A DNA stretch of 59,653 bases, the filler included. It is 6 parts of 6 records of this genome, joined end to end, with 100 filler letters (N's around TTAATTAATTAA, not from the genome) between each part and the next. Parts side by side here need not be neighbours in the genome. Positions count along the whole stretch, not along the records: positions 9,894 to 25,540 come from SRR31156797_6976; positions 25,641 to 33,319 come from SRR31156797_6984; 4 more parts are not named here. One strand, 5' to 3'. The notes below the pieces were generated by a model. It saw only the letters and a program-made list of their open reading frames with translations, was not told the DNA's origin and ran no database searches. Positions 20,477-31,326 of this stretch are shown piece after piece. Each line of letters opens with the position of its first letter. Position 1 is the first letter of the stretch. The position numbers were made by a program, and so were the translations under genes.

Positions 20477-21430
20477 ATGCTTTATCTGGAAAAACATATA
20501 AACACATTATTATTTCAATACGATTGCGTAATCGTACCCGGTTTAGGAGGTTTTGTTGCTAATGTGACTAATGCCAACTTAAATGAAAAAACAGGTATTT
20601 TTACTCCACCAAGTAGAATCATTAGCTTTAACAAAAACTTATCTCACAATGATGGATTGCTAATTAGCCACATTGCCAAAGCAGAAGGTTTAAGCTTTGA
20701 GGAATGTAATTCAAAGTTGGGAAAACACGTAAATGTGTTGAAATTTCAACTTTCAAGAGGAGAAACAATTACCATTGGTGAAACTGGCGACCTAAAAACA
20801 GATAGATCTGGAAATATAGTTTTTACACCTAATAAAAACACTTCCTACTCAACGGAATCATTTGGATTACCTACCTTTCATTTTAACAGCCTTGAACAAA
20901 TTAAAGCTGAAAATGAACCAACTCGTCATTTAGTTCAAAGAACGATAGGAGCCAAAAGAACACGCCAGATTGCAGCAAGTATCGCATTGATTATGGGATT
21001 AATGTTTGTAGCTCCTGAATTTGAGAACAAAACACATCAATCTAATTACTCTGACCTTTTTCCAAATTTTGAGCAGGTTAATATTACTACAAAAGAAGTA
21101 TCTAGTCCTGAAGTATCTGTAAAGACAAAAACAGAGGAGCTTGTAGATGTCGATCCTATAGAAAATCAAAAAGCTACACCAATTGTAGAAATTGAGAACA
21201 GCTACTTTATTATTGCCGGCAGTTTTGCAGATGAAAAACCAGCCAAGGCATTTTTAAATAAGCTAAATAGCAAAGGGATCAATACAGCAGAAATATTAGC
21301 TATAAACAGCAACAGATATCGTGTTTCTTTAGAAGGGTTTAATGATAAAACTAAAGCAATTGAAGCTTTAGATACCTATCGTAAAAGGAACGGATATAGT
21401 TCTGCCTGGTTATTGACAAAGAAGCAATAA
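20477..21430 (+). CDS. HU-like (CCDC81-type) domain / TM / SPOR domain protein
   Basis: N-terminal DCVIVPGLGGF and FN..L..NDGLL, one TM segment, and a C-terminal SPOR (YFIIAGSF...AWLL). Confidence 0.85.
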   Translation: MLYLEKHINTLLFQYDCVIVPGLGGFVANVTNANLNEKTGIFTPPSRIISFNKNLSHNDGLLISHIAKAEGLSFEECNSKLGKHVNVLKFQLSRGETITIGETGDLKTDRSGNIVFTPNKNTSYSTESFGLPTFHFNSLEQIKAENEPTRHLVQRTIGAKRTRQIAASIALIMGLMFVAPEFENKTHQSNYSDLFPNFEQVNITTKEVSSPEVSVKTKTEELVDVDPIENQKATPIVEIENSYFIIAGSFADEKPAKAFLNKLNSKGINTAEILAINSNRYRVSLEGFNDKTKAIEALDTYRKRNGYSSAWLLTKKQ

Positions 21431-21450
21431 ATACTAATTGATATAAAAAC

Positions 21451-21480
21451 AAAAAAGCTGCTCATAGAGCAGCTTTTTTT
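21451..21480. terminator. Bidirectional intrinsic terminator
   Basis: AAAAAAGCTGCTC-ATA-GAGCAGCTTTTTTT between convergent genes. Confidence 0.85.
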
Positions 21481-21499
21481 ATATTCAAATATTAGATTC

Positions 21500-22510
21500 T
21501 TACTTTACAATACCTTCTTCAATCAGATATTCTGCAATTTGTACCGCATTTAAAGCCGCTCCTTTTTTAATTTGGTCACTTACACACCAAAATGCAATAC
21601 CATTAGGATTAGAAATATCTTTTCTAATTCTACCCACAAAAACATCATCCTCACCTGCTAAACTAAACGGCATTGGATACTCGTTTTCCAAAGGCTTGTC
21701 TATTACTGTAATTCCTTTTGTTTTTTCACATTCTGCTCTATATTCTTCAGGAGTCACAGGACGCTCTGTTTCTGCCCAAACCGACTCCGAATGTGCACGC
21801 ATTACAGGCACACGAACAGTAGTTGCACTTACTTCAATATCCGAATGCATAATTTTTTTAGTTTCATTATACATTTTCATCTCCTCTTTGGTATAACCAT
21901 TATCCTGAAAAACATCAATATGAGGAATCACATTAAACAATAGCTGATGCGCAAATTTTTCCACTGTTAAATCATTCCCTTCTACAAACTCCTTCACTTG
22001 CTGTTCTAATTCAGCCATTCCCATGGCACCCGCTCCACTTGCCGATTGATAAGTAGAAACATGTACTCTTTTAATATGCGAAATATTCTCTAATGCTTTT
22101 AAAGCTACTACCATCTGGATTGTAGTACAATTTGGATTCGCAATAATATTACGTGGGGTATTTTTACAATCTTCAGCATTCACTTCAGGCACAACCAACG
22201 GAATATCATCTTCCATTCTAAATGCACTTGAGTTATCAATCATCATAGCACCATGCTTAGTGATAGTCTCTGCAAATTCCTTTGAAGTACCGCCGCCTGC
22301 TGATGTTAAAGCAATATCAATATCTTTAAAATCATCATTATGCTTCAACTCTTTAACCGTAATATCTTTACCTTTGAATTTATAGGTTTTACCTGCACTT
22401 CGGGCTGACCCAAATAATACTAATTCACTCAAAGGAAAATTTCTTTCTTCAAGAACTTTTAAAAACTCCTGACCTACCGCGCCACTCGCACCAACGACTG
22501 CTACTTTCAT
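21500..22510 (-). CDS. asd: Aspartate-semialdehyde dehydrogenase
   Basis: [24 protein letters not shown] (catalytic Cys), QSASGAG and [10 protein letters not shown] motifs. Confidence 0.98.
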   Translation of the reverse strand: MKVAVVGASGAVGQEFLKVLEERNFPLSELVLFGSARSAGKTYKFKGKDITVKELKHNDDFKDIDIALTSAGGGTSKEFAETITKHGAMMIDNSSAFRMEDDIPLVVPEVNAEDCKNTPRNIIANPNCTTIQMVVALKALENISHIKRVHVSTYQSASGAGAMGMAELEQQVKEFVEGNDLTVEKFAHQLLFNVIPHIDVFQDNGYTKEEMKMYNETKKIMHSDIEVSATTVRVPVMRAHSESVWAETERPVTPEEYRAECEKTKGITVIDKPLENEYPMPFSLAGEDDVFVGRIRKDISNPNGIAFWCVSDQIKKGAALNAVQIAEYLIEEGIVK

Positions 22511-22604
22511 TGATTTTTTTTTAATAATTAATAACTTATTTACGTGTTAAATTGAACAACTTATAGTAAATTGTTCATAGTTGTTGATGATGATAATTAT
22601 CATG

Positions 22605-22612
22605 CAAAAGTA
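22605..22612 (-). promoter_or_regulatory. Bacteroidota -7 promoter element for asd
   Basis: The minus strand reads TACTTTTG (TAnnTTTG) about 95 nt upstream of the asd start. Confidence 0.5.
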
Positions 22613-22637
22613 TTTAATTTAGACCAAACCAAATACG

Positions 22638-25487
22638 ATGAACCGTTTTTTTTTATTTTTCTTTCTCATTTGCACTTCTTTAAATGCTCAATTCTCAGAA
22701 TCCTGGTTAAAAAACTACTTTGAATCTGCTCCTAAATGGCAGGGCGACACTGTTAAATTTAGCGTTGACTCAAATGAGCAGTTCCTTCTTCTTCAAGCTC
22801 CTTCAGAAAAATCAGAAGCTTTCATTTCAACTCAAAGTAATGCTATTAATAGTGCCACTTGGGAATTTTCGGTACAAATGGATTTTAATCCTTCCAGTTC
22901 GAACTATACAAAAATATATGTAGTGTGTAATTCTCCGGCATTAGAAGAAAAGACAGAAGGCTATTATGTAATGATTGGGAATACTGAGGATGAAATTTCA
23001 CTTTGGAAACTTGAGCAGGGTAAAAACACCAAAATTATTGACGGCTTAGATGATGTCACAGACATGTCACAAGTTTCTGTTTATATTAAGTTAACGAGAG
23101 ATAATTATGGAAACTGGCAATTGTTCTCTGGACAAAGCAGTGAAACATTAACATTAGAGGGCGAAACATTTGATGATTCGATAACAGAAAGTAGTTATTT
23201 TGGAATTCTATGCACTTATACCTCTACACGCAGTGATAAGTTTAGCTTTGGGCCTATTCATGTATCAGGCACACCATATGTAGATCAAGAACCACCATAC
23301 ATATCATCTCACTCATTTCAAAATGGAAATACATTTATACTTTATTTTAATGAGAACATTATTGAAAGTAGTGTGAAAAAAGAAAACCTTGTGGTTAATG
23401 AGCAACTTCATACAGACAATATTGAACTCAACAACAACATTCTTACTGTATCTTTTAATGACTATTTACCAGACAATCCTTCTGGCACATTACACATTTC
23501 AGGAATTCAAGATATAGAAGGGAATTTGATGAATGATACAACGCTCCTTTATTCATTTAATAGAATTAAATTAAAAGAGCTCAGAACGGTCTCAGATGCA
23601 TCTCTGGAATTAACCTTCAATAAGCAAATTTCTATTGATGATATTGAATTAAGTGCACTAAAGAGCAATGATGGTTTATTTAACTTCTCTCCAACAATTG
23701 TAAATGACTCTACAATTTTATATTCAAGTCAAAAAGCTTTAATCCCTGACATAGAGTATCAATTTATACTTTCAGGGATCAAATCTATTTTCGGTGATGT
23801 TATCAAGGATACAACAATCAATTGCATTTATAGAAAACCGGGGAGATATGATGTCATTATTTCTGAAATTATGCCCGATCCAAGTCCAGCAATTGCTCTT
23901 CTTGAATCGGAATATATTGAATTATTTAATCGCCAGAAATATCCAATAAATTTGAAGGATTGGCAACTTATTATCAACTCAAAAGTAGTTAATCTACCTG
24001 ATTACACGCTAAGCAGTAAAGAATTTGTTGTACTGATAAATAAAAATGAAGAAGAAAACTGGAGTGCTTTTGATAAAGGTAGCATATTCATAAAAAGTAT
24101 GCCTGCACTAACTAATAGTTCCGGAAAGATCGTTGTTATTAATAGCGATAATTTTGTCTGCGATGCACTGCAATATGATATATCCAATTTAAATCAAAGT
24201 TTTAAAACCGATGGCGGATGGTCTATTGAACGAAAAGATCCTAACAATTTTCAAGCAAGCTTAAATTGGGATTATTCTACCAATTTAGATGGAGGAACTC
24301 CTGGTTATATCAACGCAAATAAGGCTGATAATCCAGACCAGTTAAACCCCATGATCTTATATCTTTCTTATCTATCACCAACTGAATTTGAAATTGTTTT
24401 TAATGAAAGTATGGATACATCCACAATAAACCAAACACAAATAACTTTAGATGAAGAGATCATTGAAAATTATGAAATAGAGCCTACTTTTCTGGATAGA
24501 ATCAAATTTTCATTGAATGAAGAACTGATCCCGCGAAAAATATATCAGACTCGTTTTAAAAACAACTTACTAGATATTTCTGGAAACAAATTAGATACAA
24601 ACCACTCTATGAGAGTTGGCATTCCGGAAACACCTGACTCATTTGATATTTGTATTAACGAAGTGCTGTTTAATCCAGAAAGCGAAGGTTCCGATTATGT
24701 AGAAATCTATAATCGATCGGATAAAATCATTAACTGTAATGACATTGCCACAGCCAACTTAAGCGTAGGGATTCCAGACAAACTTTATTCTATCGATAAT
24801 AAAAATCAACTACTCTTTCCCAATGATTATCTGGTTATTTGCACTGATACCAATTGGATTAAAAACAAATATTCCATAGAATATAGCGAGCTTTTGCAAC
24901 AAAGTTCTTTGCCTTCTTTAAATGACGATGAGGGTAATATGGCAATTACACTTAAGGATGGACAAATATTGGATTATTTCAGTTATTCTGATGATATGCA
25001 ATTTGAATTACTTCGGTCTAAAGAAGGAGTTTCTTTAGAGAGAATTAATCCCAATCTTTCTGCTTTAAATAAAGATAACTGGCACTCAGCAGCAAGTACG
25101 CAAAACTATGGAACTCCGGGAAGACAAAATTCTCAATTCAGCCTCAATAATATGAATGGAAGTGATCAATGGTTTAGTATTGATAAAAAGGATTTTAGTC
25201 CTGATGGCGATGGTTATGAAGATTATTTAAGTATTAGTTATCAAATCCCTAATAATGGATGGACAGGAAATATCAAGGTATATAACCGGTATGGATCAAC
25301 AGTAAAAAATTTACTTTTAAATCAGCTGCTCGATACAAACGGAGCAATTACCTGGGATGGAACAACAAATTCTCAACAATTAGCTCCTCCTGGGATATAT
25401 ATCATTTATATTGACTTGTTTTCTTCTGAAGGGAAACGTAAGCAACAGAAATTAACCTCTGTAATAACCAATGGGTTAAACCCGTAA
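22638..25487 (+). CDS. Secreted lamin-tail-domain protein with Ig-like domains and a C-terminal T9SS/FlgD-like sorting domain
   Basis: Signal peptide, two LTD motifs (ISEIMPDP..EYIELFN; INEVLFNP..DYVEIYN), GTPG..N motifs, and C-terminal FSPDGDG...WDG...GIYI. Confidence 0.8.
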   Translation: MNRFFLFFFLICTSLNAQFSESWLKNYFESAPKWQGDTVKFSVDSNEQFLLLQAPSEKSEAFISTQSNAINSATWEFSVQMDFNPSSSNYTKIYVVCNSPALEEKTEGYYVMIGNTEDEISLWKLEQGKNTKIIDGLDDVTDMSQVSVYIKLTRDNYGNWQLFSGQSSETLTLEGETFDDSITESSYFGILCTYTSTRSDKFSFGPIHVSGTPYVDQEPPYISSHSFQNGNTFILYFNENIIESSVKKENLVVNEQLHTDNIELNNNILTVSFNDYLPDNPSGTLHISGIQDIEGNLMNDTTLLYSFNRIKLKELRTVSDASLELTFNKQISIDDIELSALKSNDGLFNFSPTIVNDSTILYSSQKALIPDIEYQFILSGIKSIFGDVIKDTTINCIYRKPGRYDVIISEIMPDPSPAIALLESEYIELFNRQKYPINLKDWQLIINSKVVNLPDYTLSSKEFVVLINKNEEENWSAFDKGSIFIKSMPALTNSSGKIVVINSDNFVCDALQYDISNLNQSFKTDGGWSIERKDPNNFQASLNWDYSTNLDGGTPGYINANKADNPDQLNPMILYLSYLSPTEFEIVFNESMDTSTINQTQITLDEEIIENYEIEPTFLDRIKFSLNEELIPRKIYQTRFKNNLLDISGNKLDTNHSMRVGIPETPDSFDICINEVLFNPESEGSDYVEIYNRSDKIINCNDIATANLSVGIPDKLYSIDNKNQLLFPNDYLVICTDTNWIKNKYSIEYSELLQQSSLPSLNDDEGNMAITLKDGQILDYFSYSDDMQFELLRSKEGVSLERINPNLSALNKDNWHSAASTQNYGTPGRQNSQFSLNNMNGSDQWFSIDKKDFSPDGDGYEDYLSISYQIPNNGWTGNIKVYNRYGSTVKNLLLNQLLDTNGAITWDGTTNSQQLAPPGIYIIYIDLFSSEGKRKQQKLTSVITNGLNP

Positions 25488-25540
25488 TATGCTTTAAAAA
25501 ATCTCTTACACATTAGAATTGCTTCAAAACAAGTCACTTC

Positions 25541-25640
25541 NNNNNNNNNNNNNNNNNNNNNNNNNNNNNNNNNNNNNNNNNNNNTTAATTAATTAANNNN
25601 NNNNNNNNNNNNNNNNNNNNNNNNNNNNNNNNNNNNNNNN
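25541..25640. other. Artificial contig-joining spacer
   Basis: N44-TTAATTAATTAA-N44. Confidence 0.99.
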
Positions 25641-27490
25641 TCCGGGTTTCCGGCAGTCCAGGCTTTGTCAATCCCTTCCATATCTAAGTTCATGTCGAGC
25701 GCCATTAATTCCTCAAGGTATTCGCTATGCTTCTGATACATTGAGATGTAACTGTCCTCATCTTTATGATGCATTCTATGCAATTCCGGCATCATTTCTT
25801 CGTCCTTTTTCCGGAAAATACGCATCAATTTGTGTGCTTCATAAGGATCGAAACCAAGAAGTTTCAGGGAATCCTGTCCAAGTGCCAAGGCACTGCCGAA
25901 GGTCTCCCTTCGTATCTGAGTAACTCCCAGATCCATGAGCTCGTGGGCAGATGAACGGTCGAAGGCATTGGATGCAATCTTCAGGTGCGGATAGTGTTTA
26001 CCTGCCAATTCGATCAGCTTTCGAGATTTTTCTATATCACCTATGGCGATTATTAAGAGTTCAGCTTCAGAGGCTCCGGCAGCTTCAAGCAGATCAAGTC
26101 GTGTACTATCACCGTAATAGACCTCGAATCCGAATTTTCTCAGAACATCCACATTGTTTGCATCATGGTCGATAATTACCGGTTTCACACCAGCAGAAAT
26201 AAGGAAACGACCAAGATCAGTCCCGAGACGGCCAAATCCGGCAAGGATTACCTTGTGTCCGGTATGATCGATAGTGTCAGCATCACGCCTATCCTCTTCA
26301 TCTCCCTGAGCACTTGAACTGAACTTCTCATAAACCAGGAAAAGTAGTGGAGTGAGGAACATAGAGATCGCAACTGCGGAAATAAGAGGTTCTATGGTTT
26401 CATTTGGTAAGACACCGTTTATCCGGGAAAATTGGAAGAGGACAAATGCGAATTCTCCTCCCTGGGCAAGAGCAACAGCAAAGAATGAACGGTCTTTTTT
26501 CTCCATTCCAAATATGCGGCCGGTACCTACAAGAACCAGCCATTTGAAACCTATCAGACCTGCTGTAAGTCCAGCAATCAGCATGATCTCCTCACCTATC
26601 AGTGTGAAGTTGAGACTGGCACCTATGGAAATGAAGAAGATACCCAGTAGCAGACCCTTAAATGGTTCTATATCACTCTCGAGCTCGTGGCGGTATTCGC
26701 TTCCTGCCAGAACAACACCAGCAAGGAAGGTTCCAAGAGCAGGGGACAGACCAACTGCGGTCATGAGTATCGAGATACCGACTACAAGAGCCAGGGCAGC
26801 AGCAACAAAGATCTCCCTGACCCTTGTAGCTGCAATGGTCCTGAATATTGGTCTGCTTGCATATTTACCGATGAAGAAGATAGATAGGATCGCAAGCAGT
26901 GTGATAATGATCTGCATGTATTCTGGCAGTGCGCTGATATCAAAGAGAGCCACTTCAGAATGCCCGTCGTCATGCATAGCGATGGTTGCCAGAAATGGCA
27001 GAACAGCAAGCATGGGAATGACTGCCAGGTCCTGGAAAAGAAGAACTGAGAAGATAGACCTTCCGGAAGAGGTATTCATCAGTCCCTTTTCCCGCAGGGT
27101 CTGCAAAACTATAGCTGTAGAAGATAAGGAGAGAGTCAGACCAACGGCTACTGCCTGTTGCCAGGGCAGAAAGATAAGGGCGATACCGGAAATGATGATA
27201 CTCGACAGAACAACCTGCATACCACCCATTCCCAATATGGGTGTACGCATCTGCCAGAGTAGTGATGGTTTGAGTTCGAGTCCAACCAGAAACAGCATCA
27301 TAACTACGCCAAACTCTGTGAAATGCATGACTTCCTCGAGGTCCGCAATGAGAGAGAGGCCGAAAGGTCCGATGATAACACCCGCTATGAGATATCCGAG
27401 TACCGAACCAAGACCCAGTTTCTTGGCAATAGGAACGGCAATGGCTGCTGAAGCCAGGAAAATAAAGAGCTGAAACAGGAAATTTTCCAC
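25641..27490 (-). CDS. kefC: KefC/KefB-type CPA2 K+/H+ antiporter with KTN domain (3' end at the contig break)
   Basis: [17 protein letters not shown], regulatory loop [28 protein letters not shown] and KTN GFGRLG. GTG start with an AGGAGG RBS. Confidence 0.9.
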
Positions 27491-27492
27491 TA

Positions 27493-28101
27493 TTACACCC
27501 TCCTGATAATTGAATTCAGGTCACTGTTGAGATATTGACCATGCTTTGCCTTCTCAATATCCAGCCTACCATCCCGCAAGGCAATGATGGTACGACGATA
27601 CTCTTCTGCATGAAATTTAACTTCCTCGTCAGACAGGCCCTGGTGAATACCAAGAACTGCGAATGGAGGAAGCCAGTTCATATTGCACAGATTAGCCATG
27701 GCACAATAGGGCGAAGTAAGTTCTCCAATTGTAAAAATGTTACAGCCATCTTTCTGATAGGTACTATCATCACCGCCTGCTGTGATAGCCTGCAGGAATA
27801 TCTTTCCTTCGAGTGCCTTGCCTTTCGAACCATAGGCCCAGTCATGCTCAAGTACCAGATCAAGCCATTCTTTTATAATTGCCGGGGTTGAGTACCAATA
27901 GAACGGATGCTGAAAAATAATGACATCATGATCTTCACAGAGACTTTGTTCTCTTTTGACATCTATCAGAAAATCCGGATAGTTTGCATAGAGATCATTA
28001 ATGGTTACATTTTCAAGACCTTCAACAGCAGCACGAAGAGCATTATTTATCTTTGAATGTGATTTTGCCGGATGGGCAAAAATAATGAGAATTTTGTTCA
28101 T
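27493..28101 (-). CDS. kefF: KefF/KefG-type NAD(P)H oxidoreductase (flavodoxin-like)
   Basis: [18 protein letters not shown] and [12 protein letters not shown] motifs; immediately upstream of kefC. Confidence 0.88.
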   Translation of the reverse strand: MNKILIIFAHPAKSHSKINNALRAAVEGLENVTINDLYANYPDFLIDVKREQSLCEDHDVIIFQHPFYWYSTPAIIKEWLDLVLEHDWAYGSKGKALEGKIFLQAITAGGDDSTYQKDGCNIFTIGELTSPYCAMANLCNMNWLPPFAVLGIHQGLSDEEVKFHAEEYRRTIIALRDGRLDIEKAKHGQYLNSDLNSIIRRV

Positions 28102-28389
28102 GATTTTCTTTCCTGAATGGGCGATTATTCCAGCATTATAAAATCTGATTATCTCTGAGTTTTAGTCTTTATCCGCAGTGGAAGGGAAGATGACTAACGG
28201 AAGTATTTAGCCAGTACATTGTAAATAAAGCTTCCTTTATGCGGCAAATGAGAAAGAAATGAAATAAGGGGAGGTGGAGTGTCTACTTCATACTCAGAGT
28301 GCAAAAAGAATGCCTGTTATTTGCTACAAACATGCACCAGGAATTATTTTATGATGAAGTGATTGCACTCATACAACAATGTTGCAAGA

Positions 28390-28647
28390 TTATTCATCCT
28401 GTACCGGATACCACGTTTCAAACAAAAGAGTTACATCCATACCTGGCTTGACGTGATCGATAGGATATGCAAGACCAGTTTCTTTCAGTGCTTTGAGTCC
28501 TTTTACCGTGAGTTCCAGTCTTTCTGCCGGCATGGAGATCACAATATCTTCATCTTTGAGCTGACCAAAAGCTCTTTCGCCCAGATAGCGCAGGCAGAGT
28601 GACAGCTTCCCACTAGCAACACAACGTGGCAGTGCATCTGTGCAGGA
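28390..28647 (-). pseudogene. C-terminal remnant of a DUF169-like protein
   Basis: Manual translation gives SCTDALPRCVASGKLSLCLRYLGERAFGQLKDEDIVISMPAERLELTVKGLKALKETGLAYP...*. There is an in-frame TAG just upstream and no start covering the N-terminal part. Confidence 0.6.
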
Positions 28648-28678
28648 ACTCTACAGACCAAAAAAGAGAAAACACCAT

Positions 28679-29044
28679 TCAAACGGTGTCTGAACTAAAA
28701 TCTCTGTTTCTATCCTTTAATTCCTGCCTCTTTCCTGAATTCCAGCCACCTACATTGGAAATATAACCGGTAACCCTTGAGAGCTGATGCACATTATGGT
28801 TCATACAATCCGGACATACAGCCTGGTCGCATACAGGACAATGTTCGATATTTGCCACGGTTCCTTTTGAACAGCCTTTTTGATTGTGTACTACCCAATA
28901 CTGAACAGGACAGATATTCTCATCATCTGTCTTCATGGGTTTTCCATCATTGAACTCTTTGCACCACTTCACACACCTGTCAATAAACCTGTCCAAAGGG
29001 AGTTCAAGCATTTCTTCTAATGTTATTGTTTTCATTTCGTTCAT
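28679..29044 (-). CDS. Small stand-alone NrdD C-terminal-like protein (Zn ribbon plus RVTGY glycyl-radical finger)
   Basis: CPVC...CPDC followed by SRVTGYISNVGGWNSGKRQELKDR; only 121 aa. Confidence 0.85.
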   Translation of the reverse strand: MNEMKTITLEEMLELPLDRFIDRCVKWCKEFNDGKPMKTDDENICPVQYWVVHNQKGCSKGTVANIEHCPVCDQAVCPDCMNHNVHQLSRVTGYISNVGGWNSGKRQELKDRNRDFSSDTV

Positions 29045-29062
29045 ACTACATTATCCTTAAGA

Positions 29063-29365
29063 TCATGTTTTAGCAATTAGAGTCATTTCATTAACAACAA
29101 ACTCTTCCACAGCATCTTCTGTAACTTCTTTATATTCAGCCAGATGAGAGTTATCCATGTGAATTTGGCATAGATCCCTGTTTTCCCAGTTTTCATAGAA
29201 CAGAAACAGGTTCTCATTTTTATTGTCCTGGTGCAGATCATAACTAATGCATTCTTCTTCTGCCCTGGTGCTTTCAATAAGTTTCAGCAATTCACTTTTT
29301 ACGAACTCCCTTTTTTCCGGTTTCGCTAAGATCCTTGCTACGATAGTTAATTTCTGGTCATCCAT
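29063..29365 (-). CDS. ABM-family (putative quinol) monooxygenase
   Basis: LTIVARILAKP, TRAEEECISYDLHQD and FLFYENW..H motifs; 100 aa. Confidence 0.85.
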   Translation of the reverse strand: MDDQKLTIVARILAKPEKREFVKSELLKLIESTRAEEECISYDLHQDNKNENLFLFYENWENRDLCQIHMDNSHLAEYKEVTEDAVEEFVVNEMTLIAKT

Positions 29366-29423
29366 TCTAATACCTTCTGGTCAAATTACTCATACACTTT
29401 TATAGCGCAAATTGTCCACGACA

Positions 29424-30289
29424 TTAGATGGACTGTCTTTCCGGTACACTATTCAGGAACGCATCATCTAACCTTTCAAAGCGTTGTCTACTATTTTGAT
29501 AGCCTTGTCCCTGTCTCCTGGAAGCAGTGCATCAAAACTGACCGTATTGATGGCATGTATACCCAGATATTGAGTCTCAATTTCTATTAGTTCAATGAAC
29601 TTTCTCTGTTCCTCAAGAACTTCCAGTTCGGTTGCAGGTGCAAATTTGCCACTTTCGACATCTTTTGCCAGCGGACGATCTCCAAAAACACCCATTGTAG
29701 TTGTTGCTATACCAGCAGGTCTCACCGTATTGATCAATTTTGCATTATCGATCGCATTCCGGATGCCTTTATCCTTTCCCGCTCCGCCGAATATCAGGAT
29801 ATCAATATGCCTTATCCCGGCTTTGTTCAGGCGTTCCAGTTGCTCATACGTGTCTTGCAGAGTACAGCCTTTATTCATATAATCGAGGGCTTCCTCGTTT
29901 CCTGATTCAACTCCCACCCACAGATCATTGATTCTCAGCTCCTTGAGCTCCTCGTCTGTTTTGCCCATGATGTTACTAATGGAAGCGTACATCGTGATCA
30001 CCTCTATCTCAGGGAAATATTTGATGATCAGTTCGGAAATCGGTTTTAACCGTCTGGCAGAAAGGACGAACGCATCTCTATTTACCAGAAATATCCTTTT
30101 GACATTCCCATGAAGCTGTTTTGCTTCCTGCAGGTCCTTTTCGATCTGTTCAATGGATTCCATCGAGAATTTAACATCCCTGTACATTGTACAAAAGGTA
30201 CAATTATTATGAGCACATCCTACTGTTACCTGAAGTAGCAAACTATGTGCTTCATAGGGAGGTCTGTAAATTGGTCCTGTGCGTTTCAT
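29424..30289 (-). pseudogene. Radical SAM protein (YRPP/CxxxCxxC type), probably degenerate with a frameshift near the C-terminus
   Basis: IYRPPYEA, GCAHNNCTFC and GVESG motifs. The ORF ends at TAG 29468, but a shifted frame continues LDDAFLNSVPERQSI* to TAA at 29424. Confidence 0.65.
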
Positions 30290-30341
30290 TTATTTTCTAT
30301 CTCGTTTTTCTAGATATATTGGAATTTTCAGCAGCGATAAG

Positions 30342-30632
30342 TCAATTGACCAGATCATCAGTTAGACTTATGAGCTTGTTAATTTTAGCTTCATAATAGG
30401 CATCCGGATATGCTTGTCCAAAAGTGCCTTTATCGTTATCGAAATACTTTCTGATAACACCTTTGTACTTTTCAGACATTGCCAGATCATACAAAATGTT
30501 CACACCTCTATCAGCCGGAGAACAGACTTGTCCGTAGGCCTCGTGTGCCATTTTTGTATTGAGCAAAGATCCCGGGTTAACCGCAATTACTGACACATCA
30601 AGTACGGTTTCTGCCAGACGGAAGTTCCACAC
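30342..30632 (-). pseudogene. C-terminal remnant of an SDR-family oxidoreductase
   Basis: WNFRLA...VIAVNPGSLLNTKM...YFDNDKG. The Rossmann fold and YxxxK region are missing and are replaced by the aquaporin 3' end. Confidence 0.7.
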
Positions 30633-31317
30633 GTTCCTCGAACACATCATCCCGGATGAACACATTATCATACAGCAATGCTGCAACGATTCCACCAATT
30701 ATCGGACCGATCCAGTAGACCAGGTGATCTGTCCAGTAACCTGCAATAAGAGCCGGACCGAATGACCTTGCTGGATTCATGGAAGCACCGGTTACCGGTC
30801 CTCCAATAAGGATGGCAATAAGAACAAAGGAACCTATTGTAAAACCCGCCAGACCGGGAGGAGAACGACTGTCGACTGCAACACCGAAGATCACGAAGAC
30901 CAGCAGAAAAGTGAGGATAGCTTCAATGACCATCCCTGTCCCTGATGAGATGTTCATCCCCAGACTTGTTGCACCTAGGTTCACACTGCTCACAGCGGAC
31001 GGAAACAGTTCAAGAAGCATTATACTTGCAGCGCAGGCACCGGAAACCTGTGCTATGATGTAGCCAGAACAGTCTCTGAATGAGATATTTCCGGTTGATA
31101 CCATCGCTATCGTAACGGCAGGATTGATGTGGGCACCTGAAATGTGACCGAGGGCATATATCATCAGCATGACAGTCGCACCAGTGGCTATCGCCATACC
31201 GGTCAGACCCAGAACTCCATGTGAGAGGTGGTCTACGGTATTGGAGCCTGCAGCTATGAAAACCAGTGCGAATGTCCCTATGAACTCTGCTGCATATTTG
31301 TGGACCGGACCGGGCAT
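30598..31317 (-). CDS. MIP family aquaporin/aquaglyceroporin
   Basis: AEFIGTF, SGAHINPAVT and TGASMNPARSFGPA (both NPA boxes), and YWIGP. Confidence 0.95.
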   Translation of the reverse strand: MPGPVHKYAAEFIGTFALVFIAAGSNTVDHLSHGVLGLTGMAIATGATVMLMIYALGHISGAHINPAVTIAMVSTGNISFRDCSGYIIAQVSGACAASIMLLELFPSAVSSVNLGATSLGMNISSGTGMVIEAILTFLLVFVIFGVAVDSRSPPGLAGFTIGSFVLIAILIGGPVTGASMNPARSFGPALIAGYWTDHLVYWIGPIIGGIVAALLYDNVFIRDDVFEERVELPSGRNRT

Positions 31318-31326
31318 GTTTTAACC

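Noticed and set aside
26352-27473. Long 373-aa + strand ORF
   Set aside because: It lies wholly antisense to the hydrophobic part of kefC and has no recognisable motifs, as expected for a shadow ORF.
28363-28602. 79-aa + strand ORF
   Set aside because: The opposite strand gives a more protein-like DUF169-type remnant.
29453-29470. Possible pyrrolysine readthrough of the TAG ending the radical SAM
   Set aside because: Readthrough adds only about four residues before TGA; a frameshift explains the sequence better.
30633-30698. Cys/Met-rich N-terminus of the 118-aa ORF (MVESLQHCCMIMCSSGMMC) as a RiPP or metal-binding peptide
   Set aside because: It is an alternative-frame reading of the aquaporin 3' end, upstream of the SDR remnant.
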